DNA of 49,614 nucleotides from Candidatus Omnitrophota bacterium (GTDB lineage Bacteria; Omnitrophota; Gorgyraeia; Aquiviventales; Aquiviventaceae). Position numbers and translations under genes: made by a program. This document shows, piece by piece, positions 6,994-17,428 of the stretch. Numbering within the stretch: position 1 is the stretch's first letter; each line of letters opens with the position of its first letter. The notes beneath the pieces were generated by a model, which was not told where the DNA came from, did no database searches, and saw nothing but the letters and a program-made list of their open reading frames with translations. The stretch lies in assembly GCA_016206675.1 (NCBI GenBank), contig JACQRD010000067.1:1-49614 (forward strand). The letters are read 5' to 3'.

Positions 6994-8849
6994 CGAGCGA
7001 CCCCCACGTGCTGCTGGAGAAGGGTGCCCCCGAAGCGCTCGAAGTGACGGAGGCCGCGCGCGAGGCGGAATGGCACCATCCCAGCTTTATCGGCGAGCTG
7101 TTCATGGGGCGGCTGCGCACCGACCTGATCATCCCGTACCCGGAACAGCCGGACGAGGACCGGCAGATCGGCGACGCCTTCCTCGCCACGCTGGAAGCCT
7201 TTCTCCGGAAGCGGATCGATCCGGATGAGATCGACCGCACCGGCGAAATCCCCGCCGAGGTGCTGCAGGGGCTGGCGAAGCTGGGCTGCTTCGGCATGAA
7301 GATCCCGAAGGCGTACGGCGGGCTGGGCCTTTCCCAAACCAACTATAACCGCGCCATCTGCCTCCTTGGGAGTTATTGCGGCTCCACCACCGTCTGGTTG
7401 AGCGCCCATCAGAGCATCGGGGCACCCCAGCCGCTGATGCTCTTCGGGACGGAGGAGCAGAAGCGCAAGTACCTGCCGCGGCTGGCGCAGGGGACCATCT
7501 CCGCCTTCGCGCTGACCGAGCCCGACGTCGGCTCGGATCCGGCGAACATGCTCACCATCGCCGCGCCGACCAAGGATGGGGCGGCCTACCTGCTCACCGG
7601 GGAGAAGCTCTGGTGCACGAATGGTCCCGTCGCCGAAGTCGTCGTCGTCATGGCGCGCACTCCCTCCGTGGCCGTCGGGGGCCGCGAGCGCAAGCAGATC
7701 ACGGCCTTCATTGTGGAAAAGTCCATGCCGGGATTTGAGGTTGTCCATCGCTGCGAGTTCATGGGGTTGAAGGGCATCCAGAACGGCGTGTTGCGCTTTA
7801 CGAACATCCGGGTGCCGAAGGAAAACATCCTGTGGGGCCCGGGCCTGGGATTGAAACTCGCCCTCGTCACGCTCAACGCCGGCCGCATCGCCATCCCGGC
7901 CGGCTGCGTGGGCACCGCCAAGCGCTGCCTGCAGAGTACGCGCGCGTGGGCCAAGGAGCGCAAGCAGTGGGGCGGGCCGATCGGCAAGCACGAAGCGGTG
8001 GCGGTCAAAATCGGCGACATGGCCGCGACAACCATCGCGATGGACGCCATGGTGTGGCTGGCCTCAGCGATGGTGGACCGCAAGACCACGGACATCCGGC
8101 TTGAAGCGGCGATGGCCAAGCTCTTCTGCTCGGAGGCCTGCTGGCGCATCGTCGATGACACCGTGCAGATCCGTGGCGGCCGCGGCTACGAGACGGCCCG
8201 GTCGCTGCGCGCGCGGGGCGAGGCCGCACTGCCGGTTGAGCGCATCATGCGGGACAGCCGGATCAACCTCATCATCGAAGGCACGAGCGACATCATGCGG
8301 CTGTTCATCGCCCGCGAGGCGCTCGATGCCCACATGCGCGCCGTCGCCGATCTGCTCAACCCCCGCACGCCGCCGCCAGCCAAAGCCAAGACCGCGCTGG
8401 CCGCCGCGCTGCGCTATGCCCTGTGGTATCCGCAGCAGTGGCTCTCCTGGAGCGGCTGGCCCAAACACCAGGCGCTGGGGCCCCGATTGGGAGGGCATCT
8501 GCGCTTCATTGAGCGCACCAGCCACCGCCTGGCCCTGGCACTCTTCCACGCCGCCATGCGGCATCAGATGCGGCTGGCCTACCGGCAGCAACTGCTGGGC
8601 CGACTGGTCGATATCGGCGGCGACCTCTTCGCGATGGCGGCGGCGTGCGCGAAGGCGCACGCCATGGTCCGGCTGCAACCCTCGGAGCAGAGTCCGGTAG
8701 AGCTGGCGGATTTGTTTTGCCGCCTGGCGAAACGGCGGATCGCGCTGGCATTTGCGCAGCTGCACCGCAACGATGACCGCACCTCTTACCGGATGGCGCA
8801 AGATGTGCTCAATGGCCGCATGGCATGGCTTGAAGAAGGGATCGTCTAG
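6990..8849 (+). CDS. acyl-CoA dehydrogenase family protein with long C-terminal extension
   Basis: ATG 6990 (MTSDPHVLLEKG) is preceded by AGGTGGTGGG. ACAD core (FALTEPDVGSDPANM, RFTNIRVPKENILWG, QIRGGRGYE) plus about 200 extra C-terminal residues. Track start 6951 lies inside element E1. Confidence 0.88.
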   Translation: MTSDPHVLLEKGAPEALEVTEAAREAEWHHPSFIGELFMGRLRTDLIIPYPEQPDEDRQIGDAFLATLEAFLRKRIDPDEIDRTGEIPAEVLQGLAKLGCFGMKIPKAYGGLGLSQTNYNRAICLLGSYCGSTTVWLSAHQSIGAPQPLMLFGTEEQKRKYLPRLAQGTISAFALTEPDVGSDPANMLTIAAPTKDGAAYLLTGEKLWCTNGPVAEVVVVMARTPSVAVGGRERKQITAFIVEKSMPGFEVVHRCEFMGLKGIQNGVLRFTNIRVPKENILWGPGLGLKLALVTLNAGRIAIPAGCVGTAKRCLQSTRAWAKERKQWGGPIGKHEAVAVKIGDMAATTIAMDAMVWLASAMVDRKTTDIRLEAAMAKLFCSEACWRIVDDTVQIRGGRGYETARSLRARGEAALPVERIMRDSRINLIIEGTSDIMRLFIAREALDAHMRAVADLLNPRTPPPAKAKTALAAALRYALWYPQQWLSWSGWPKHQALGPRLGGHLRFIERTSHRLALALFHAAMRHQMRLAYRQQLLGRLVDIGGDLFAMAAACAKAHAMVRLQPSEQSPVELADLFCRLAKRRIALAFAQLHRNDDRTSYRMAQDVLNGRMAWLEEGIV

Positions 8850-8853
8850 CCCG

Positions 8854-10646
<1,793 letters not shown>

Positions 10647-10650
<4 letters not shown>

Positions 10651-12692
10651 GCGATGTCATTGAAGGCGTGTGGGACGCGCCGTCGATCGGGCAGCGGATC
10701 AGCTACCGCCTGTGGAAGCCGCCGCAGGCGCGCAGCACGCTGGTCATCATCCACGGCTTCGGCGAACATGGCGGACGGTATGCCGACGTCGCAGACGCCC
10801 TGGCAGCGGAAGGGTTGTGCGTCGCCGCGCCGGATCTCTGCGGGCATGGCCGTTCCTCCGGCGCGCGGGGAGACATCGGGGACATCCCCTCGTGCGTGGA
10901 CGCGCTGGAAGCTCTGACGCGTCAGGTGCTTCTGCCGCAGACAGGACATCAGCAGTACGCCCTCTTCGGCCACAGCTTCGGCGGCTTGGCCGCCATCTGG
11001 TGGGCGATGAGCCAGCCGGCCGGCCTGCGCCGGCTGATCGTCCAGTCGCCCCTGCTGGAGACGGCCTTCACTATCCCCGCATGGAAGAAGCGGCTCTCGC
11101 GCCTGGTCATGGCGTGCTGGCCGGCCTTCGGCCTCTCCATGAATTTGGAGACGAGCGCGCTCAGCCATGACCCTGCCGTGGTGGACGCCTACCGCCAGGA
11201 TCCGCTGGTGCACAATACCATGAGTGCCCGATGTTATTGGTCGCTCATCCGAACCCGCGACGAAGCGCAGGCGCACCCGGAGCGGGTGCGCGTGCCGACG
11301 CTGCTGCTCTATGGCACGGCCGACCGGATCGTCTCCACCGCGGTGGCGCAACGGTGGTTCGATCAGCTGGCGTGCGACAAGCAATGCGTCGTCTTTCCGG
11401 ACGCGTACCACGAGCTCCATCACGAGCCGGTCCGTCCCGAGGTGCTGCGGCGCATCGCCGCCTGGTCGCTTGCGGCGGTGATGGCCCTTGCGCTGGCCTC
11501 TTCCGCGGTGGCCGAGCCGCCGCCGGCGACGGAAGAGACGGATTGGCCGACGGTGATCGCCCGCCTGCAACAGGAGGTGCAGCAACGCCCCGGCTTAGCG
11601 CACACCCGCCAGCAGCTGGCGATTGCGTACAACAACTACGGTGTGGTCCTCGGCAATGAGGGGCAGTGGGAGCAGGCCGTCCGGCAGCTTCAAGAAGCCG
11701 TGCAGCTTGATCCGGCCAACACGCAGGCGAAGGAGAATCTCAGCCGCATCTACCTCAACCGGGCGCATGAGGCCTACCAGCAGCGCAGGTTTCCGGATGC
11801 CCTGTCAGCCATCGAACTGGCCCTGCAGGCCAACCCGGAGCTGGCCCAGGCCTACGCCCTGCGGGGGGAGCTGGAGTACAACCAGCAGAAGCTCAAGGAA
11901 GCCAAGGCCTCCTGGGAGCAGGCGTTGAAGCTCGACCCCTCACAGCCCGAGATCGGCAAGCGGCTGGAACAGGTCACGCAGGAGCTGCCGGTCGAATCGG
12001 ACTTTGAGCGGGTATCGCAGGCCTCCTTTGACATCCGCTATCAAGAAGGGCTCGAAAGCGCCATCGGCTTCGATGTCCGCGATGTGCTGTTGCAGGCTCG
12101 GCGGGAAGTCGGCTCCGACTTCGCCTATTGGCCGAAGCACCGGCTGGTCGTCCTCGTTTACAGCGCGGAGAGCTTCAAGCAGCTGCGGCAGGAAACGCCG
12201 GAATGGCTCGCCGGACAGTTCGACGGCAAAATCCGCGTGCCGCTGCCCAGCAAGCAGCTGAATCCTCAGACGGTCAAAGCGATTCTGTTCCACGAGTACA
12301 CCCATGCGCTCATCTACGATTTGACCAATGGCACGTGCCCCATCTGGCTGAATGAGGGCCTGGCTGAATACGAAGGCCGGCGGCAGGCGCCTGGACCAAT
12401 GGCGCCATTGCGGCAGGCCCAGATGGACAGCCGGCTGACGCCGTGGAAGGACCTATCGGACGGCTTCTCGCCCGCGCTGACGGCTGAAGCGGTATCGTTA
12501 GCTTATCAGCAGTCGTACAGCATCGCCGCTTATCTAGTTGAGCGATACGGCTTTTGGCGCATTCGCCGCATCCTCAAGGTGATCGGAGAAGGCAAGGCGT
12601 GGGAAACCGCCCTGTCGGATGAGTTCCGCCTGAAGCTCAAGACGATCGAAGGCAACTGGCAGGCGTGGCTGCCGGAGTTTCTCCGCCGATGA
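10647..12692 (+). CDS. alpha/beta hydrolase (lysophospholipase-like) + hydrophobic segment + TPR repeats + HExxH peptidase-like domain, single ORF
   Basis: 681 aa. HGFGEHGGRY and GHSFGG nucleophile elbow. Hydrophobic AAWSLAAVMALALASSAVA (nt 11457-11510). TPR-like repeats. C-terminal FHEYTHAL...NEGLAEY. The ATG overlaps the upstream stop (ATGA). Confidence 0.75.
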
Positions 12693-12823
12693 TCCCCCCA
12701 CCTGCTGGAGGCGTTGCTCCAATAGACTTTCATGCTCAGCAACGCCTTAAATGTGCCAGAGGGATTACTGACATTGCCACATTCCGGTCCGCCGCTGGCG
12801 GACCCCGGCAGGTGGGGGGATGA
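12689..12823 (+). repeat. palindromic junction element E2
   Basis: Arms 12692-12708 ATCCCCCCACCTGCTGG and 12805-12821 CCGGCAGGTGGGGGGAT give 16 Watson-Crick pairs plus one T/G position. Left ATGA 12689-12692 holds the stop; right ATGA 12820-12823 holds the PolX start. Confidence 0.9.
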
Positions 12824-14550
12824 AGCAACACGAGATCGCCGCGCTGTTTGCCAAGATGGCGGATCTGCTGGAATTCCAGGGGGAAAACGTCTTCCGCATC
12901 CGGGCGTACCGCCGGGCGGCGCAGAACCTTGAGAGCTTCAGCGGGGATCTTGACCAGCTGGCCGCCGCCGGAACACTACAAGAACTCTCAGGCATCGGCG
13001 CTGACCTGGCAGCCAAAATCCAGGAGTACCTGACGACGGGACGGATTGCCGCCATTGAGCAGCTGACCCGCTCGATGCCAAAAGGCGCGCTGGAGATGAT
13101 GGAGATTCCCGGCGTCGGCCCTAAGACGGCCAAGCAGCTCTCTCAGCAGCGCCGCATTGCCTCGGTTGCCCAGCTGGAGGCGGCGGCCCGCGCCGGCCAG
13201 CTGAAAGGCCTACCGGGCTTTCAGCAGAAGAAGGAGCAGAACATCCTCAAGGGGATCGAGATCGTCAAGCGCGGCCAGGCCCGCATGCACTTAGGTCTAG
13301 CCTGGCCTCTGGCACAGGAGATTGCGCGCTTCCTCGAGAAGGTGCCGGGTGTTTCGCGCGTCTCGCCCGCCGGCAGCCTGCGCCGCATGAAGGAAACCAT
13401 CGGCGACCTGGATCTGCTGGCCGCCGCCGCCAAGCCGCTGAAGGTCATGGACGCCCTGCGCGCAGCACCCTTCTGCGCCAGGGTGCTCGTCTCGGGCGAG
13501 ACGAAAACCTCCATCATCACCACCGGCGGCATCCAGGTGGACGTGCGCGTGGTGAAGCCCGACAGTTTCGGGGCAGCGCTGCAGTATTTCACCGGCTCCA
13601 AGGAGCACAACGTCCGCCTGCGGGAGTTGGCTGCCAAGCAGGGCCTAAAAATCAACGAGTACGGCGTCTTCTCGCTCAAGACTGGACGAAAGATGACCGG
13701 CAGGGAAGAGGAGGACGTCTACAAGGCGGTGGGGCTGCGGTGGATGCCGCCTGAGCTGCGGGAGGACCGCGGCGAGCTCGACGCCGCACGCACGGACGCG
13801 CTGCCGCAGCTGGTGGAGGCCAATCACCTGCGGGGAGATTTCCACATCCACACGAACTGGTCCGACGGCAGCGATTCGCTGCCTGAGGTGGTCCGGGCCG
13901 GCGAACAGATGGGTTACGACTACATCGCCATCTGCGACCACTCCCAGTCGTTGAAGGTGGCCCATGGCATGACGGTTGAGCGCCTGCGGCAGCAGATGAA
14001 GGAGATCCGGCAGCTCAACGCCCGCAGTAGATCGTTTCGGGTGTTGATGGGCGCTGAGGTGGACATCCTCAACGAAGGCCGCATGGACTATCCCGATGAG
14101 GTGCTCGCCGAGCTGGATTTCGTCGTCGGCTCCATCCATTCGGGCTTTACGCAGAGCGAAGCGGCCCTCACGAAACGGATGATCACCGCCATGCGTAACC
14201 CCTACGTCACCTTGATCGCACACCCGACGGGCCGCTTGATGGGCCAGCGGGAGCCGTACGCGATCGACCTGGAAGCCGTCTTCCGCGCGGCGAAGGAGAC
14301 CGGCACCGCCATGGAGATCAACGCCTATCCTCAGCGGCTGGATCTCTGCGATACCGCAGCCCATCGGGCAGGGGAACTCGGCATCATGCTGGCGATTTCC
14401 ACCGATACCCATGGCCTCGACCAGTATCAGAACATCACCTACGGCCTGGGCGTAGCCCGCCGGGCCTGGCTGACCAAGCGGCAGTTGCTCAATTGCTTCT
14501 CTCTGAAAGAGCTGTTGTCCTGGATCGGCAAGAAACGCCGGCGGGCATGA
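12820..14550 (+). CDS. polX: DNA polymerase X family protein with C-terminal PHP domain
   Basis: 576 aa. HhH PolX N-terminus (FRIRAYRRAAQNL, IPGVGPKTAKQL), GSLRRMKETIGDLDLL, PHP motif DFHIHTNWSDG. Confidence 0.9.
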   Translation: MKQHEIAALFAKMADLLEFQGENVFRIRAYRRAAQNLESFSGDLDQLAAAGTLQELSGIGADLAAKIQEYLTTGRIAAIEQLTRSMPKGALEMMEIPGVGPKTAKQLSQQRRIASVAQLEAAARAGQLKGLPGFQQKKEQNILKGIEIVKRGQARMHLGLAWPLAQEIARFLEKVPGVSRVSPAGSLRRMKETIGDLDLLAAAAKPLKVMDALRAAPFCARVLVSGETKTSIITTGGIQVDVRVVKPDSFGAALQYFTGSKEHNVRLRELAAKQGLKINEYGVFSLKTGRKMTGREEEDVYKAVGLRWMPPELREDRGELDAARTDALPQLVEANHLRGDFHIHTNWSDGSDSLPEVVRAGEQMGYDYIAICDHSQSLKVAHGMTVERLRQQMKEIRQLNARSRSFRVLMGAEVDILNEGRMDYPDEVLAELDFVVGSIHSGFTQSEAALTKRMITAMRNPYVTLIAHPTGRLMGQREPYAIDLEAVFRAAKETGTAMEINAYPQRLDLCDTAAHRAGELGIMLAISTDTHGLDQYQNITYGLGVARRAWLTKRQLLNCFSLKELLSWIGKKRRRA

Positions 14551-14690
14551 TCCCACCACCTGCGCCGGCTTGCCTCCGGCAAGCCAGGAAGCCACGGCGA
14601 GCAGATTATATCCTTTGGGCCTGTGGCTTCCGCACGGCGCCTCAGGGCGCAAAACCCAGAGAACGCCGTAAGGCGCAGGTGGTGGGATGA
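14547..14690 (+). repeat. palindromic junction element E3 (interior apparently flipped relative to E1/E2)
   Basis: Perfect 17-bp arms 14550-14566 ATCCCACCACCTGCGCC and 14672-14688 GGCGCAGGTGGTGGGAT. Left ATGA 14547-14550 holds the PolX stop; right ATGA 14687-14690 holds the era start. Confidence 0.9.
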
Positions 14691-15613
14691 GCAGCGCCGC
14701 CCCGGCCGGCTTCCGCTGCGGCTATGTGAGCCTCATCGGGCGGCCCAACGTGGGCAAGTCGACCATCCTCAACGCGCTGCTGGGGGAGAAGGTGGCGATC
14801 ATCTCTCCGAAGCCACAGACGACCCGGCAGCGGATTCTCGGCGTGCTGACTCGTCCTGAGGCCCAGGTGATGTTTCTCGATACGCCGGGGCTGCACAAGC
14901 CGGAGCACACATTAGGCCGCTACATGGTCGAGGTGGCCAAGGCCGCCATTGAAGAAGCGGACGTGCTGGTCGTGATCATCGACGGGCGCGCGGGCATCAC
15001 GGCGGAGGATGAGCGGGTGTTCTCCTCCGTCAAGAACGCCCTGCGCGAGGATGGGCGCAAGCGGCCGGTCCTGCTGGCCATCAACAAGGTGGACATCGCC
15101 AGCAAACCGAAACTCCTGCCGCTGCTGGAGCGCTGTGCCAAGCTGGGCATCTTCGATGACTGCATTCCGATTTCGGCGACGACGGGCGACCAGCTCAAGA
15201 TTCTCCTGAAGGAGATCGTCGCGCGCCTGCCGGAGGGGCCCCGCTGGTATGAGCCGCAACAGCGCACCGACCAGACGCGCGAGCAGATGGTCTCGGAGCT
15301 CATCCGCGAGCAGGTGCTCGCCGCCACGCGGCAGGAGGTGCCCCATGCCGTCGCCGTGCTGATCGACGAGCTCGAAGACCGGGATAAGGTGACCTCCATC
15401 CGGGCCACGATCCTGGTTGAGCGCGATGGGCAGAAGGCCATTGTGATCGGCCGGGGCGGAATGATGCTCAAGCAGATCGGGCAGGAGGCGCGCCGGCAGC
15501 TGGAGCGGCTGCTGGGCCGCAAGGTCTTCTTGGGGCTCTGGGTGAAGGTCGCCGAAGGCTGGCGCAGTGATGAACGCATCCTGCGCCAGCTGGGCTACCT
15601 CTCCGGATCGTGA
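14687..15613 (+). CDS. era: GTPase Era
   Basis: 308 aa. G1 GRPNVGKST, G3 DTPG, G4 NKVD, C-terminal KH domain (VERDGQKAIVIGRGGMMLKQIG). Confidence 0.93.
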   Translation: MSSAAPAGFRCGYVSLIGRPNVGKSTILNALLGEKVAIISPKPQTTRQRILGVLTRPEAQVMFLDTPGLHKPEHTLGRYMVEVAKAAIEEADVLVVIIDGRAGITAEDERVFSSVKNALREDGRKRPVLLAINKVDIASKPKLLPLLERCAKLGIFDDCIPISATTGDQLKILLKEIVARLPEGPRWYEPQQRTDQTREQMVSELIREQVLAATRQEVPHAVAVLIDELEDRDKVTSIRATILVERDGQKAIVIGRGGMMLKQIGQEARRQLERLLGRKVFLGLWVKVAEGWRSDERILRQLGYLSGS

Positions 15614-15623
15614 GCGTGAGGCA

Positions 15624-16175
15624 ATGACCAAGATTCGCGTCAAAGATTCGACGGTGATCTATCAAGGCCGGGTGATCCGGTTGATCCGCGAAACGCTCGA
15701 GGTGCGCGGCCACCGCATCGTGCGGGAGACCATCCAGCACCCCGGCGCGGTCGTTGTCGTTCCGATGCTGGACCACTCGCGCATCGTCTTCGTGCGGCAG
15801 TACCGCCGGGCGGTCGGCCGCTTCCTCCTTGAGCTGCCAGCCGGCACCCTAGAGCTGGGGGAGCGGCGCGACCTCTGCGCCAAACGGGAGCTTGAGGAGG
15901 AAACCGGCTGGAAGGCCAAACATCTCACACGGCTGGGCCAGTTTTACGCCGCCCCGGGTTTTGTCTCCGAGCAGATGACCATCTTCCTCGCCACGGGGCT
16001 CACACCGGTGCCACCACGTCCTGAGCCTGATGAGATGGTCACTCCGGTCATCCTCTCCCTGCGCGAGGCGCTGCAGCGCATCCGGACCGGCTCCATCTGC
16101 GACGCCAAAACCATCATCGGCGTCCTCTTCACTGCCGCCCGAGGGAACGGCCCGCGGCCACAGCCGCCTACTTGA
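15624..16175 (+). CDS. NUDIX hydrolase (ADP-ribose pyrophosphatase-like)
   Basis: ATG 15624 gives MTKIRVKDSTVIYQG. Nudix box GTLELGERRDLCAKRELEEETG. The last ~12 codons are read from a partial copy of the 111-nt element. Confidence 0.85.
   Translation: MTKIRVKDSTVIYQGRVIRLIRETLEVRGHRIVRETIQHPGAVVVVPMLDHSRIVFVRQYRRAVGRFLLELPAGTLELGERRDLCAKRELEEETGWKAKHLTRLGQFYAAPGFVSEQMTIFLATGLTPVPPRPEPDEMVTPVILSLREALQRIRTGSICDAKTIIGVLFTAARGNGPRPQPPT
16138..16168 (+). repeat. partial copy C (3'-terminal 31 nt) of the 111-nt element
   Basis: CCCGAGGGAACGGCCCGCGGCCACAGCCGCC is identical to the 3' end of the minus-strand copy at 22266-22378 and differs at one position from 4950-4980. Confidence 0.8.
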
Positions 16176-16218
16176 AGCGCTCGGGTAAGTTGTGTAGACT
16201 GGTACCTTCGAAGAGTAA

Positions 16219-16662
16219 ATGCCGACACTGACTGATCGCATCGAGGACGATTATAAAACCGCCATGAAGGCCGGCGACCGTATCCGGATCGACACGCTGC
16301 GCCTGATCAAAGCCGGCATCCAGAAGGTCGCCATCGACAAGCGCAAGGACCGGCTCGATGACCCGGAAATCCTCCAGGTGCTCTCCCAGCAAGCCAAGCA
16401 GCGACGGGAAACCATCGAATCCGCCAAGCAGTCCAACCGGCAGGACATCCTCACGCAATCGGAGCAGGAGCTCGCTCTGCTCAACTCCTACCTGCCGCAG
16501 CAGCTCTCCGAAGAAGCCCTCCGCAAACTCATCGACGACGCCATTGCCACCGTCGGCAAGCAGCAAGGGCCGATCATGAAGGACGTCATGGCCAAGGCCT
16601 CCGGTGCGGCTGACGGCAAACTGGTCAGCCGCCTTGTCGCCGAGCGGCTCTCGAAAGGATAA
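16219..16662 (+). CDS. yqeY: GatB/YqeY domain protein
   Basis: 147 aa. The N-terminus LTDRIEDDYKTAMKAGDRIRIDTLRLIKAGIQ and overall length are typical of YqeY. Confidence 0.85.
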   Translation: MPTLTDRIEDDYKTAMKAGDRIRIDTLRLIKAGIQKVAIDKRKDRLDDPEILQVLSQQAKQRRETIESAKQSNRQDILTQSEQELALLNSYLPQQLSEEALRKLIDDAIATVGKQQGPIMKDVMAKASGAADGKLVSRLVAERLSKG

Positions 16663-16664
16663 GC

Positions 16665-16934
16665 ATGGCGGCTGCCGCGCCACAGCCCCGCAAGGGGCGC
16701 CCCAAAGCGATCATCAACCCTGACAGCTGCACCGGCTGCGAGGCTTGCATCGCCGTCTGCCCGGTGGACTGCATCGACAAGCTGCCAGGGCCTGAGCATC
16801 CCACGCTGCTGCCAACCTGCATCATCGACCAGCCCAAGTGCATCGGCTGCTGGCTCTGTGAAAAAATCTGCCCCTGGGACGCCATCACCATGGTGCCGCC
16901 CCAGGAAGCACCGCTCATTCCGGTGGCTGCATGA
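16665..16934 (+). CDS. 2x[4Fe-4S] ferredoxin
   Basis: Two CxxCxxCxxxCP motifs: CTGCEACIAVCP and CIGCWLCEKICP. Confidence 0.88.
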   Translation: MAAAAPQPRKGRPKAIINPDSCTGCEACIAVCPVDCIDKLPGPEHPTLLPTCIIDQPKCIGCWLCEKICPWDAITMVPPQEAPLIPVAA

Positions 16935-17335
16935 GCGACCCAGGGCAGGGGACTCCCCCACCAACTGTTCCGGCAACACCGCCGGCACCGGCCGTGCCGC
17001 CTGCCCCTGCACAGGCCTCAATTGAAGACTTCCAGAAGATCAGCCTGAAGACGGGCATCATCACCGCCGCGGCGGACCACCCGAAGGCCGACCGGCTGCT
17101 GGTGCTGACGGTGGATATCGGCGAAGGCAGCCCCCGACAGATCGTGGCCGGCATCAAAGGCTTCTACCAACCTTCTGAACTGGTCGGTAAGCAGGTGGTC
17201 GTTGTCGCCAACATGAAGCCGGCGATGCTGCGCGGCATCGAAAGCCAGGGCATGGTGCTGGCCGCCTCCAACGGCGGCACACTGGTCCTCGTCAGCCCTG
17301 AACGGCCGATGCCGGCCGGCAGTATGGTCAAATAA
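16931..17335 (+). CDS. tRNA-binding domain protein (CsaA/EMAP-II-like) with Pro/Ala-rich N-terminal extension
   Basis: DFQKISLKTGIITAAADHPKADRLLVLTVDIGEG...QIVAGI...LVGKQVVVVANMKPAMLRGIESQGMVLAA matches the tRNA-binding OB fold. ATGA overlap with the ferredoxin stop. Confidence 0.8.
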   Translation: MSDPGQGTPPPTVPATPPAPAVPPAPAQASIEDFQKISLKTGIITAAADHPKADRLLVLTVDIGEGSPRQIVAGIKGFYQPSELVGKQVVVVANMKPAMLRGIESQGMVLAASNGGTLVLVSPERPMPAGSMVK

Positions 17336-17341
17336 CTTGGT

Positions 17342-17428
17342 GATTACGCAGATCGTCACATCTGATTTCGCAGATTCTTCTTGGCATGATGTTTTATCTG
17401 CGTAATCCGATTTTCAATCTGTGAAATC
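17342..17428. repeat. four copies of a 12-nt motif GATTWCRCAGAT (two forward, two inverted) in an AT-richer spacer
   Basis: Forward copies: 17342-17353 GATTACGCAGAT and 17364-17375 GATTTCGCAGAT. Inverted copies: 17396-17407 ATCTGCGTAATC and 17417-17428 ATCTGTGAAATC. The last copy overlaps GTG 17421. Confidence 0.7.

Noticed and set aside
11442-12692. A separate secreted TPR-peptidase gene starting at the in-frame GTG before the signal-like segment.
   Set aside because: No stop codon separates it from the hydrolase module and there is no SD in front of the GTG. It is kept as a single fusion ORF, with the alternative noted as a finding.
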